Positions 48,355-59,888 of a stretch of DNA of 64,000 nt are shown here, piece after piece (position 1 is the stretch's first letter; each line of letters starts with the position of its first letter). The stretch is from assembly GCA_964016885.1 (NCBI GenBank), contig OZ024742.1:17732001-17796000 (forward strand), in the 5' to 3' direction. Made by a program: the position numbers and the translations under genes. The notes under the pieces are model-generated. The model ran no database searches. It was not told where the DNA came from and saw nothing but the letters and a program-made list of their open reading frames with translations. This stretch comes from Eledone cirrhosa. Taxonomy: Eukaryota.

Positions 48355-50363
48355 AGAGTGGCATCCTAGTGACAGGTAGCACCAGTGACTCATCTAGAGT
48401 GGCACCCCAGTGACAGGCTGCACCAGTGGCACATCTAGAGTGGCACCCCAGTGACAGGCTGCACCAGTGACTCATCTAGAGTGGCACCCCAGTGACAGGC
48501 TGCACCAGTGGCACATCTAGAGCGGCACCCCAGTGACAGGCTGCACCAGTGGCACATCTAGAGTGGCACCCCAGTGACAGGCTGCACCAGTGGCACATCT
48601 AGAGTGGCACCCCAGTGACAGGCTGCACCAGTGGCACATCTAGAGTGGCACCCCAGTGACAGGCTGCACCAGTGGCACATCTAGAGTGGCACCCCAGTGA
48701 CAGGCTGCACCAGTGACTCATCTAGAGTGGCACCCCAGTGACAGGCTGCACCAGTGGCACATCTAGAGCGGCACCCCAGTGACAGGCTGCACCAGTGGCA
48801 CATCTAGAGTGGCACCCCAGTGACAGGCTGCACCAGTGGCACATCTAGAGCGGCACCCCAGTGACAGGCTGCACCAGTGGCACATCTAGAGTGGCACCCC
48901 AGTGACAGGCTGCACCAGTGGCACATCTAGAGTGGCACCCCAGTGACAGGCTGCACCAGTGACTCATCTAGAGTGGCACCCCAGTGACAGGCTGCACCAG
49001 TGGCACATCTAGAGTGGCACATCAGCGACAGGCTGCACCAGTGGCACATCTAGAGCGGCACCCCAGTGACAGGCTGCACCAGTGGCACATTTAGAGTGGC
49101 ACCCCAGTGACAGGCTGCACCAGTGGCACATCTAGAGTGGCACCCCAGTGACAGGCTGCACCAGTGGCACATCTAGAGTGGCACCCCAGTGACATGCTGC
49201 ACCAGTGGCACATCTAGAGTGGCACCCCAGTGACAGGCTGCACCAGTGACTCATCTAGAGTGGCACCCCAGTGACAGGCTGCACCAGTGGCACATCTAGA
49301 GCGGCACCCCAGTGACAGGCTGCACCAGTGGCACATCTAGAGTGGCACCCCAGTGACAGGCTGCACCAGTGGCACATCTAGAGCGGCACCCCAGTGACAG
49401 GCTGCACCAGTGGCACATCTAGAGTGGCACCCCAGTGACAGGCTGCACCAGTGGCACATCTAGAGTGGCATCCCAGTGACAGGCTGCACCAGTGACTCAT
49501 CTAGAGTGGCACCCCAGTGACAGGCTGCACCAGTGGCACATCTAGAGTGGCACATCTAGAGTGGCACATCAGCGACAGGCTGCACCAGTGGCACATCTAG
49601 AGCGGCACCCCAGTGACAGGCTGCACCAGTGGCACATCTAGAGTGGCACCCCAGTGACAGGCTGCACCAGTGGCACATCTAGAGTGGCACATCAGTGACA
49701 GGCTGCACCAGTGGCACATCTAGAGCGGCACCCCAGTGACAGGCTGCACCAGTGGCACATCTAGAGTGGCACCCCAGTGACAGGCTGCACCAGTGGCACA
49801 TCTAGAGTGGCACATCAGCTACAGGCTGCACCAGTGGCACATCTAGAGTGGCACCCCAGTGACAGGCTGCACCAGTGGCACATCTAGAGTGGCACCCCAG
49901 TGACAGGCTGCACCAGTGGCACATCTAGAGTGGCACGTCAGTGACAGGCTGCACCAGTGGCACATCTAGTGTGGCACCCCAGTGACAGGCTGCACCAGTG
50001 GCACATCTAGAGTGGCACCCAGTGACAGGCTGCACCAGTGGCACATCTAGAGTGGCACGTCAGTGACAGGCTGCACCAGTGGCACATCTAGAGTGGCACA
50101 TCAGCGACAGGCTGTACCAGTGGCGCATCTAGAGTGGCACCCCAGTGACAGGCTGCACCAGTGGCGCATTTAGAGTGGCACATCAGCGACTGGCGGTTCC
50201 AGTGGCTCATATAGAGTGGCACTCCAACGGCAGGCTGCACCAGTGGCACATCTAGAGTGGCACATCAGCGACAGGCTGTACCAGTGGCGCATTTAGAGTG
50301 GCACCCCAGCGACTGGCGGTTCCAGTGGCACATATAGAGTGGCACTCCAACGGCAGGCTGCAC
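48355..50363 (+). repeat. 41-bp minisatellite, about 48 copies (GCACCAGTGGCACATCTAGAGTGGCACCCCAGTGACAGGCT)
   Basis: Period 41 (e.g. 48421 to 48462); no spacers; diverged units at both ends. Confidence 0.97.
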
Positions 50364-50728
50364 TAATTACGGTGACATCATGATGGTAGGAACATATTTT
50401 AAGGGGAAATTGAAAGTAAATACGTCAAAAGATTTAGGGGACTAACTGATCTTTTCTCCAACCAGATACACAGAACATTATAGAGAAAAAAATTCAAACT
50501 ATGTGGAGATGGCGGATTTCAAATGGGCTAAAAGGCGACAAGGAATTTATCCCTTTAAATTCCATATACAAAAGATGCCTTCGTCACACAGCAATGTGTG
50601 TATCAAAGGGAAGACAACCTAGTGGTGCCTTTCCATACATACAAGCATACATACATACATACATACATACATACATACATACATACATACATACATACAT
50701 ACATACATACATACATACATACATACAT

Positions 50729-51320
50729 GGTGGCTGCCAACTCGTATTCAAGCACGGCCACCACCCTATATCCATGTAGGAGAACCCCTACCGATGCGCT
50801 GAACGAGTGTGACTTTTTAGTCCAGCCAGCGACTTGAAAACTCTGGTACAAACACTACACTTGTGACAATTATTGACACATAGTGCTGGGCCCATGGTGC
50901 CATGTGATGACAAGTGCAGGGAGATCTCCAGATATAAAGAAATGCCTGTGCCGTGAAGCTTTTATAGTGATCAAAGGCACTGCACAAAGCCAGTCCCACT
51001 CTCTTAACCAAGATGATATTTACCAAAAAGAAGAAATAGTCAACATCATTGGATACCATCAGGGTTGCAGGTGTTATATCAGAGTTTTCCTTCTCCTAGA
51101 ATTCTGCCTTGACAAAGGCTAAGGGGTCATCTCTCCCGATGATTTTGGATGGCCATTGACTCTTAAGAGCTCCTTTTCCCTTTGACAGGTTTTGTTTTTA
51201 GTCCTGCAGGATGTCCAAAGTCACCCTCTTCACCAAGAAACCTTGGTGGGGTTGCCAGTTTAGTCGCCAACGACCCGACCATGAGACAGGTTGTACTGGG
51301 ATACATGTTACCAGTAGCAC
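50729..51320 (-). mobile_element. ~590-bp non-coding element inserted in a (TACA)n/(TATG)n tract; probably a non-autonomous LINE (RTE-like) derivative
   Basis: Bounded precisely by (CATA)n on both sides; contains TAGGAGAAGGAAAACTCTGA, which I recall from RTE-type 5' regions (not verified). Confidence 0.5.
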
Positions 51321-51925
51321 CATACATACATACATACATACATACATACATACATACATACATACATACATACATACATACATACATACATACATACATT
51401 CCATCAGTCAACGCGATCAGTCGCATATTTTGGCGTGGGAGACTATTTATTAAATTTAAGATGAATACTATCTCCGACAGTAATGCCACAACTACAGCCA
51501 GGTTGAATAACTGGTTATTCTTCTAACTATCCCTTCTGAAGACACCTTTTATTCGAATTCGTAGAGATATCCGACTAAATACATAATTCATTTTACAAGG
51601 ATTTGCTACAAACAGCATGGCTAAACACAACATCAACAAGAAAATTAAGGAAGTATCGAAGACAAATAACAAAGAAGATAATCAAACTTTATTCAGTTGT
51701 AGCTACAGAAGAAACCGAAATTATAAATCGCATTTCTCTTGGAGTTGCGAACTTAATAATGATTTATTTAATTGTTATAAAATGGCAAAAAACAATCCCT
51801 CCATTGGCTATATGAATAGAATGAAGCTACACTGGGACGAAATGCACCCAAAGCTAAATTATTTCACAGCGAAACAATTACGCCAACAAGCGACGTTTGT
51901 TGAACGTAAAAATAAGATAAATATT

Positions 51926-52319
51926 TAAGTTAAAAATGTACATCTACATATGCATACTGAAATACTAGTATGCATATGAATACACACACGTATACATATG
52001 TAGATGTACCAAGTCTTTCACTGGTTACTTTACTGTGAGTATCCAGCTATTCTGTATGTAAACACACAGACAAACCGGTTTTTAGAGTCATACTGGTTTT
52101 TGAGGAAACACCTTTCCTCTATTCTCCAGAAAGCCAGACAAGGAATATTGAACTAGTTTCGTTGTTGTTACAACTCATCAGCAATATTTACCTATCTACC
52201 GGCCTTTCTGGAGAATCGTAAAAGCACATATCGTTATATGCTTTTTCTATGAAAATTAGTAGTGGGCAGACTAATTTGCATAGAGTGTGAGTACGTACCG
52301 GCTCAACGGTATTTGTTTT
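51926..52319 (-). mobile_element. 394-bp single-hammerhead (retrozyme-like) insertion with 13-bp TSD
   Basis: TAAGATAAATATT at 51913-51925 and 52320-52332; removal restores the host frame (RKNKINI-INCKSPTTNMEST). Confidence 0.82.
52144..52188 (-). ncRNA. Minimal type I hammerhead ribozyme
   Basis: AAUAUUG-CUGAUGA-GUUGU AACA ACAAC-GAAA-CUAG-UU-CAAUAUU; distal pairing CTCCAGAAAG/CTTTCTGGAG. Confidence 0.85.
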
Positions 52320-55300
52320 TAAGATAAATATTATTAATTGTAAGTCCCCCACAACAAACATGGAATCAACAACACGTGCTACAGATCGCCATGCTACTAG
52401 ACTTCCTAGCAGCCAGGTCGAACAGCGCCTTGAAACAACTATGCCTGTCCCATCTAAGTCTACCTCGAATGCTGGGGAAAACACTATCCATAATAATAAT
52501 AATCGAAGAAATAATAATAATAATCGAATAAATGTGACACCACGTATACCATCCGAGTCTACCTCGACTGTTGTGGAAAATACTATCGATAATGATAATC
52601 AAAAGTACAAACAATTGAAAATTTCCCTAAACAAAATCTTCCAGAGAGAAATTAACTCATGTATAAATATCTCTCTGGCTGAACGTGTTAAAATGACAAT
52701 GGTGAATAAAAAACCAAATAACGAAATACTACGTGTTATTGACGAAATAGGGGATGAATATTTACGACGGATAAAACCCCCAACATTTTGGCAAATCAAC
52801 GCCTGTTTATATGCCTGAGCAATGACAGTGAAGCATTATCTTGGTCATAGCAGAGATATTAACAAGAACAAAACACCACCAAAAATACCATCATATATAA
52901 CTAAAATAGAAAAAAAGAGTGCTGACCTACGAAAAAACATAGGACATGTGATAATGCTCCTTACATGCAAACAAACACAAAAAAACCTCACTCCTCACCA
53001 ACAAAGAGTGAAAAATAAAATAGAGACGATGTTTGGTAACAGTAGAACCAGAACTCTCCAATATAAGCTGATCACCCTCAAACAAGAATTGAGAGCTGTT
53101 AGCGAAAAACGCTGATACCTGAAGAAGGTAGATGAGAGAAAAATGCTTAATAAAAGATTCAGACGAAACCAAACATCAGTCTATAGAGATATGAAGGGCA
53201 AAATAATAAGTGTCACTGAGGCCCCATACCAGAAAGACATAGATTCCTTTTGGAGAAAAATATGGGGTGAAAAGAAGAATTTCAACCAAGATGCAGTGTG
53301 GCTAAGAGAAATCCGAAAGAACTATTGCTCCTACACTACAACAAAAACATACGAAATAAGTGAGGGTACCCTTGAGACTGTGATAGGAAAACTCCAAGAT
53401 AAGAAAACACCAGGAAGAGACATGATTGTCGGCTACTGGTACAAAAAACTAATATTCTATCGGAGGTATCTTACTGACCTCTACCAACAAGTTCTTAAGA
53501 GAGATACACTTATACCAGAATGGTTGACATTAGCGCAAACGTTACTGGTCCCCAAGAACAAAGACACCCACTTGGCAAAAAACTACCGACCCATTGCATG
53601 CCAGTACCTGATGTATAAGATGTATACAGCCTGCCTCAACCTATTCCTCCAAGATCACTGTGAAAATAATAACATCATCACAGATGAACAAGCAGCTGGA
53701 AAGAAAAGGGTTTGGGGATGTGCTGAACAACTCCTAATCAACAAAACTGCGATGTCGGAGGTGCAACAACTTAGGAGGCATATGACTACAGTCTGGCTGG
53801 ACTACAAGAAAGCTTTCGATTCCGTTCCCCACTCTTGGATGATAGAGGCCCTCCAACTTGCTAAAGTCCCAGACATTATTGTCAGTCATAGAGAGGCTGT
53901 CTTCTTCTTGTGCTACTATCCTAAGTTTAAAGACAGAGAGGGAGGACTCTATTTTCACTGATAAAATAAAATATTGCAGGGGTATATTTCAGGGGGACAG
54001 TCTCTCTGTGATATTGTTCATCTTGTCATTAAACCCCTTGTCCTTTCTGCTCAAGAAATGTGAGATATACATCATTGGCTCACAGGAGGACAGAAATACG
54101 AACCTAACCCACCCATAATTTCTTTGTGGACGATCTGAAACTCTATGCCAAGAACATGGATGGGATGAAGAAAAATCTTGACCTTGTTACAACGTTCTCA
54201 AAGGATATAGGAGTGGAGTTTGGCCAAGATAAATGCTCATACATGACTGTAAAGCGGGGAAAAACAACAACCCAATCTAGCAACATTGTCATCAATGGTC
54301 TAACTGTTTCACCGATATCTTATGAGCACTGCTACAGATACCTGGTGATAGATGAGAACATATCCTATAATGGTATCTGTAATAAGGAACGCGTAACCAG
54401 GGAATACTACACCCGATTAAGAAAGATTTGGTCATCGGAACTCTCTGCGCAAAACAAAACAGTGGCTCACAATGTGTTTGCTGTGCCTGTCCTAACACCA
54501 ACGTTTGGAATACTCAATTGGACGATAGACGAAATCCGAGCAGTTGATGTTGGAACTCGAAAAATACTGAACACCGGAAACTTCCACATCAACAGTGACA
54601 TAGACCGCCTTTACTTGAAACGTAAGCAGAGAGGCAGAGGCCTAACATCAGTCCAGCCAACATTTGAATGTCGCATCATATCTCTCCGACAACATCTACA
54701 AACCTCGAAGCGTAGGAGCCCGCTTCTCGAGCAAGTCTATCTGCATGAAACAGATAAGATCATGAGAGTTGGGAAGGAACTCCTTGAGAGATATTCCCTG
54801 TGTGATAATCAAAAACTCACATCCAGGGATGTCGCTCAGCAGTATCGCAGTGAATCCATGGATGAAAAACTGCATGCCTATCAGCAAAAAATCATGCATG
54901 GATATGTTGCCAGGAAGCTCCAGAGTGAGAGTAATATAGATAAGGAAAGTAGTCTATCTTGGACCAACAACCGCTATATTGGCTCCCACTTTGAAGGATA
55001 CGCCTTTGCAATCCAAGAACAGGAGATTAGCACGAAATACCTGATTCACAAAAGAGATAGGGATGCAGGCAAAACACCTAGATGTGATAACAAGTGCAGA
55101 CTCTGCATAATTAACATCGAGGATATCACCCATGTAATCAGCAGCTGCCCAAAGATCTCATCGTGGTACTATCTACCTATGAGGCATGATGTAGTGGCCA
55201 AAACACTGTACAATGCAATCCGTAAAAAAGATAGCCCTGATAATAACACATTAAAAGCTACAGCAATGTGGAAGACATCCATGTACATAATATGAAAGAG

Positions 55301-56421
55301 TACTGGTGGAATGTTCCAGTAAAAACTCCAATAAAATGCAGACATAATAGACCAGATATTATGATATGGGACAGGGAAAAGAAGGCATGCACAGTAGTGG
55401 AAATTAGCTGCCCAGCAGATGCCAATATAATATCAAAGATTAGTGAAAAGGAGAATATTTATGCAGAACTGATAAGAAATCTGCAGATACTCCACCCTGA
55501 TTACACCTTCAGATTTATGCCTGTGATTATTGGGGCACTGGGGTATATTAGTAACTGCCTCAATACAAATCTTGAGTAGCTGGGCTTCACAGGAACAGAA
55601 AGAACACAACTAGTTAGGAAATTACAAGTACAATCCATTAATTGAACAGTAAAAATATGTAAAACATTCCAAAAGTTGTGCATCTAATAACTTCATATAC
55701 ACATGTACAGATACAAAGCATATACACATGCACACATACAACTCAAAATATCCACATCCACACATACAATAACTTCCATATCTACACATGCATACATACA
55801 TACATATCTACCTAGTTGATGTTGTGTAAATTCCAATGCGAGAGTCTTGTGTCTATGTTAGAAACCGACTCTCTCTCTATTGGGAAAACTTTGTGAAATT
55901 ATAAAACCAGAAGAACATATATATACATACATAGGCACTTATAAAATAACATAGTTCTTTACTTATAGGTTTCGCGTCCGTTATGATTTCAATGTAGTAG
56001 TCTGTTACTTGCCATATAGGTATTTGACAGCTATCTTTACGCTATAAAAACTAGAAGGAGTATATTTAAATTATACCCACATCTCCTCATGCGATCATCA
56101 CAAAGACACCATATTTATTCATGTATTTGATGACAGAGGGAAACGCACTGTAATTTATCTGAGAATTCAAGCTTATACAGAAACCAATAAAATTTCAGCT
56201 ATAAATAATTCCTAACATTTCCCAATATCACTATTTCTTATTTCTTATTCTATTTGATTGTAATGGAAATACAGATACATAATCTATACAAGGAGAGTTT
56301 GAAATTCCTTAAAGTATATGTGTTTCAAGTTAGTGAGGTTTGGCATGTAATCTTGTTGTATATACACATATGTGTGTGTATATATATATATGTGTGTATG
56401 TATTATATATTATATATATAT

Positions 56422-56493
<72 letters not shown>

Positions 56494-57137
56494 CTTTATA
56501 TAATGGCAGAAATAGGGAATAAGTGAGAAGGGAAAAGATAACTGCATGCCTCAAAAATTGGCTGAAAGCCGCCATGTAAAGATTAGTTGTCTTTCTCTGT
56601 TTCATTTATAATCGTCTAAACATTTAAAAAAAAATAGTGGTGTAGCTACTTTGGAAACAAAACATATATCTTCTTAGTAAACACTAAGATATCATTCTAA
56701 CTCAGATGTATATAGAAATATACATTATCAGAATAGATTTTTGTATTTTAATGCATATAGCAGAAGAGTGGAGATTTTGTTTTCTATTTTTCTGTTTGTT
56801 CCTGTGTGTATAAATGTATCCTAGATGTATTACTCTATGTGTTCTTCTTTCTATTTTATCATCTTCTGTTTTCTTGGGAGTGGTAGCGTGGGTAGACAAT
56901 ATAATAGTGAATATATTTTCAGATCCTTGTGTTGCTATATTACTACAAATTATTAAGCAGTGTTTCTTACATATAGGAGAGTTCTATTATTATATATAAA
57001 CTTGTTGTTGTCTTTTTATGGCAGCATATAGAAGTATATTCATGATAGGGTGTTTAAGATGGCGATTATGGCGTGGGTATCCTGATAGTAAAGATATATA
57101 AAGTGGGATAGTGTAATGATGATAATCATGACCAATA

Positions 57138-57232
57138 ATAATGGTTTCTGATTTAGGCACAGGGCTAATAATTTGATGAGAGCGGAAACTCGATTGAATC
57201 GACCTCAGTGCGTTACTGGTACTTTATTTTAT
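57138..57232 (-). mobile_element. SINE 3' fragment
   Basis: ATAATGGTTTCTGATTTAGGCACA..ACTGGTACTTTATTTTATC. Confidence 0.65.
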
Positions 57233-57239
57233 CTGCGCT

Positions 57240-57480
57240 ACTGCGTCCGTGGAGAAACCCACATTGTTCATCAGCTAGCTTGAACCCGACAGTCTACCCA
57301 CATCTCTTTACCAGACACTTAGCATAGACTTTATCGGGGAGACTGAACAAAGAGATCACTCTGTAATTGGAACAATCTCCTTGTCTCCCTTTTTGAAAAT
57401 TAGGATCATCACTCCCGATTGCCATTACTTAGGTGCCTTTTCATAGATTTGGGCCATCTGGCACACATGAGTCAGCCAGA
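57240..57480 (-). mobile_element. RTE-type RT fragment
   Basis: Minus strand gives PNFQKGDK..CSNYRVISLFSLPDKVYAKCL..DEQCGFLHGRS. Confidence 0.7.
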
Positions 57481-57499
57481 GAATACCTTCTCTATTTTA

Positions 57500-59150
57500 G
57501 TTTTAACACCTCGGGCCGGATTTCATTCAAAGACTACATCAACTACAACCTAACCAACTTAAACTCAACAGATATGCCTTCAGCCTCGATATTGTCTGCC
57601 TCTACACGACAGCGGTCAACCCAGTGATTGAGTGCATTATTTCATACAACATATACTGCTTTGACCTCATTCTACAAGACATACATCAGCTTCTATCCGT
57701 CATCGTAGAAAATATATATATTTCACTTTCTACCACCACACATACAAACAAACAACAGGCCTACCCATGGGGTCCAGTCTTTCAGGCATTCTAGCCATCA
57801 CCTATATGAACCAACAGGAACGTCGAGTGCTCAACACCTGCTGCTCCTGTGTTTTCTTCACCCGATACAAAGATGATATACCAATCCTCACATCATACCG
57901 TGAAGGGGCCGACATAATATCTCCGGCATTTTCAAACAAAGATATCAACATACGATTTACTACAGAACATCCCGATGAAAATGGTTCCTTGTCTCTGTTG
58001 GACTTCCAGCTTAGAGTAACAGAAGAAGGTGCTATATACACCAACTTTTATAAGGAAGCTGCCAGCAGAGACCTGTTTGTGCATTACAGATCAGCCCTTC
58101 CCCTTGGTGTTAAAACCGGATACATAAGAAATGAACTTACGCGTATCCGGAATAAATGTAGCAAGACAGAGAACCAGATCAATCACACTGCAGCACACTT
58201 CATAGATATACTGCAGACGAACTGATACCCAACATCCACAGTGAATCGACTTAAGAATCGAAGGCAGAAGACCTCCTCTGACACCTGATTCGTGAAATTA
58301 CCACATTTCAGCGAAAGCATAACCACAGCTGTCCGCTGAGCTATCCGCAAAGAAGGACTGGACATACAGTTACCACACTCCGGCGCTTCTCTGCGTGGAC
58401 ACCTGTCTTAAAAGCAATCCAGCGACAACAACCATCAATGCTCGCTGACCAACTGCCCAATCCGCGATACAGGTATGTACCAGCGGGCACGTGTGGTATA
58501 CCGGAGTGAATGCAACAAATATAAGGAGTTCTACATTGGTAGCACGACTCGAGCACTCCACACTCGCATTAAAGAACACCTCAACACACGCATCCCCATT
58601 CAAAAATACATTGACAAATGTAGAAACATCAACAAACATATTACCGTTACCATTAAAGCCAGTGATAGAAATGTGGGCAACTTAAGAATTAAGGAAGCCT
58701 TGCTTATACGTAGACTCAACCTGGAAATAAATAATAGATTAGAACTCAGTACACAGTACTTGATATAAAACGACACACCCACAGGTACACAAACTAAACA
58801 TCTCATATAAAAAAGAAATTGATTTCGTGAAATACTATATTGGCATTTGACGTCATTCACGTGGAAAGCGAAATAACCATAAAAAAAGCTTAAAACGACT
58901 TAGAAAAGAATTTAATCAAAGTCAAAATGTTATCCCAGAGAGGAAATTGGAACATTATCCACTGAAAGTTCCTTAAACCTTGATGAAGGGACTTTTAGGT
59001 CCCGAAATATTGGACAGGTAAAAGAAGAAGAACAACAACAACACAAATATTAACAGGTAACTTACTTTTACTTATCGTTACCTCATCTTACAGTCCACCT
59101 TGCATTGTTTAGCCTTCTACCTCTTTCAACGTTATATATGATATACAATG
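57500..59150 (+). mobile_element. Degraded Penelope-like element (RT and GIY-YIG)
   Basis: GLPMGSSLSGILA, RYKDD, LSLLD, HYRSALP..K; VVYRSECNKYKEFYIGSTTRALHTRIKEH..IKEALLI..INNR (58475-58768). Confidence 0.85.
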
Positions 59151-59321
59151 CTTCAAGCAAACTTTAACATTTTATTATATATGTATATATATATATATAT
59201 AATAAAATGTTGTAGTTAAATAGCTCTTGAGCATACATAGAGCACTCTCCTTTCCTCTACCCTTCCTATGGAAATACTTAATATATATATATATATATAT
59301 ATTTGTGTGTGTGTGTGTCTA

Positions 59322-59401
<80 letters not shown>

Positions 59402-59530
59402 GTATTTCCGTAGGAAGGATAAAGGAAAGGAGAGTGTTCTATGTATGCTACAGAGCTATTTAATTCTGAGATCGTCTGTCGTCGTGAAACCTTTGGTAAA
59501 TGGAATAATTGTCTTATGCTGTTTATTACA

Positions 59531-59562
<32 letters not shown>

Positions 59563-59823
59563 ACGAAGGAAATGTGGTAAGGAACCAGGTGGACCATAAC
59601 GCACCAAAGTACTCAATACTTGAGGTAGTAGAGTGGGTAATAGGAACCAGTAAGACCCCGACAGCTGAGCTCAAGCCGTTTCGACGGCTAATTCTGGACT
59701 GTATATATATATATATTTAAAGGTTAAACAAGGTTCAATGAATAAATCAAAGAATAACATTTTACAATAGATTGGAAGCACTCCACAATATTAACAAAAA
59801 TAGGCATTCGTGTGATCAAGTAT

Positions 59824-59888
59824 ATTTTATTATACATATTTCAGAGGTACTGAGCTATCTTCAACAGTACGTCCTCATCAGATAAAAT
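59824..59888 (-). ncRNA. Minimal type I hammerhead ribozyme
   Basis: TATTTTAT-CTGATGA-GGACGTACTG..CAGTACCTCT-GAAA-TATGTA-TA-ATAAAATA. Confidence 0.72.

Larger units (their letters stand above)
51400..55932 (+). mobile_element. Near full-length degraded R4/Dong-type element (family Z) in (TACA)n
   Basis: N-terminal WSCELN..GYMNRMKLHW (51617-51928); RT NYRPIAC, DYKKAFDSVPH, GIFQGDSLS, VDDLKLY; CRLC..H..C, RHD, RPDIM..EISCP; multiple stops; starts after (TACA)n and ends ..AGAACATATATATACATACATA. Confidence 0.88.

Noticed and set aside
48355-50363. CRISPR-like array
   Set aside because: Units are contiguous with no unique spacers, there are no cas genes, and the context is eukaryotic; it is a minisatellite.
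58976-59020. Hammerhead at the 3' end of the Penelope element (TTGATGA-AGGGAC..GTCCC-GAAA..)
   Set aside because: Core C3 and the NUH site are altered; probably a decayed ribozyme, so not counted.
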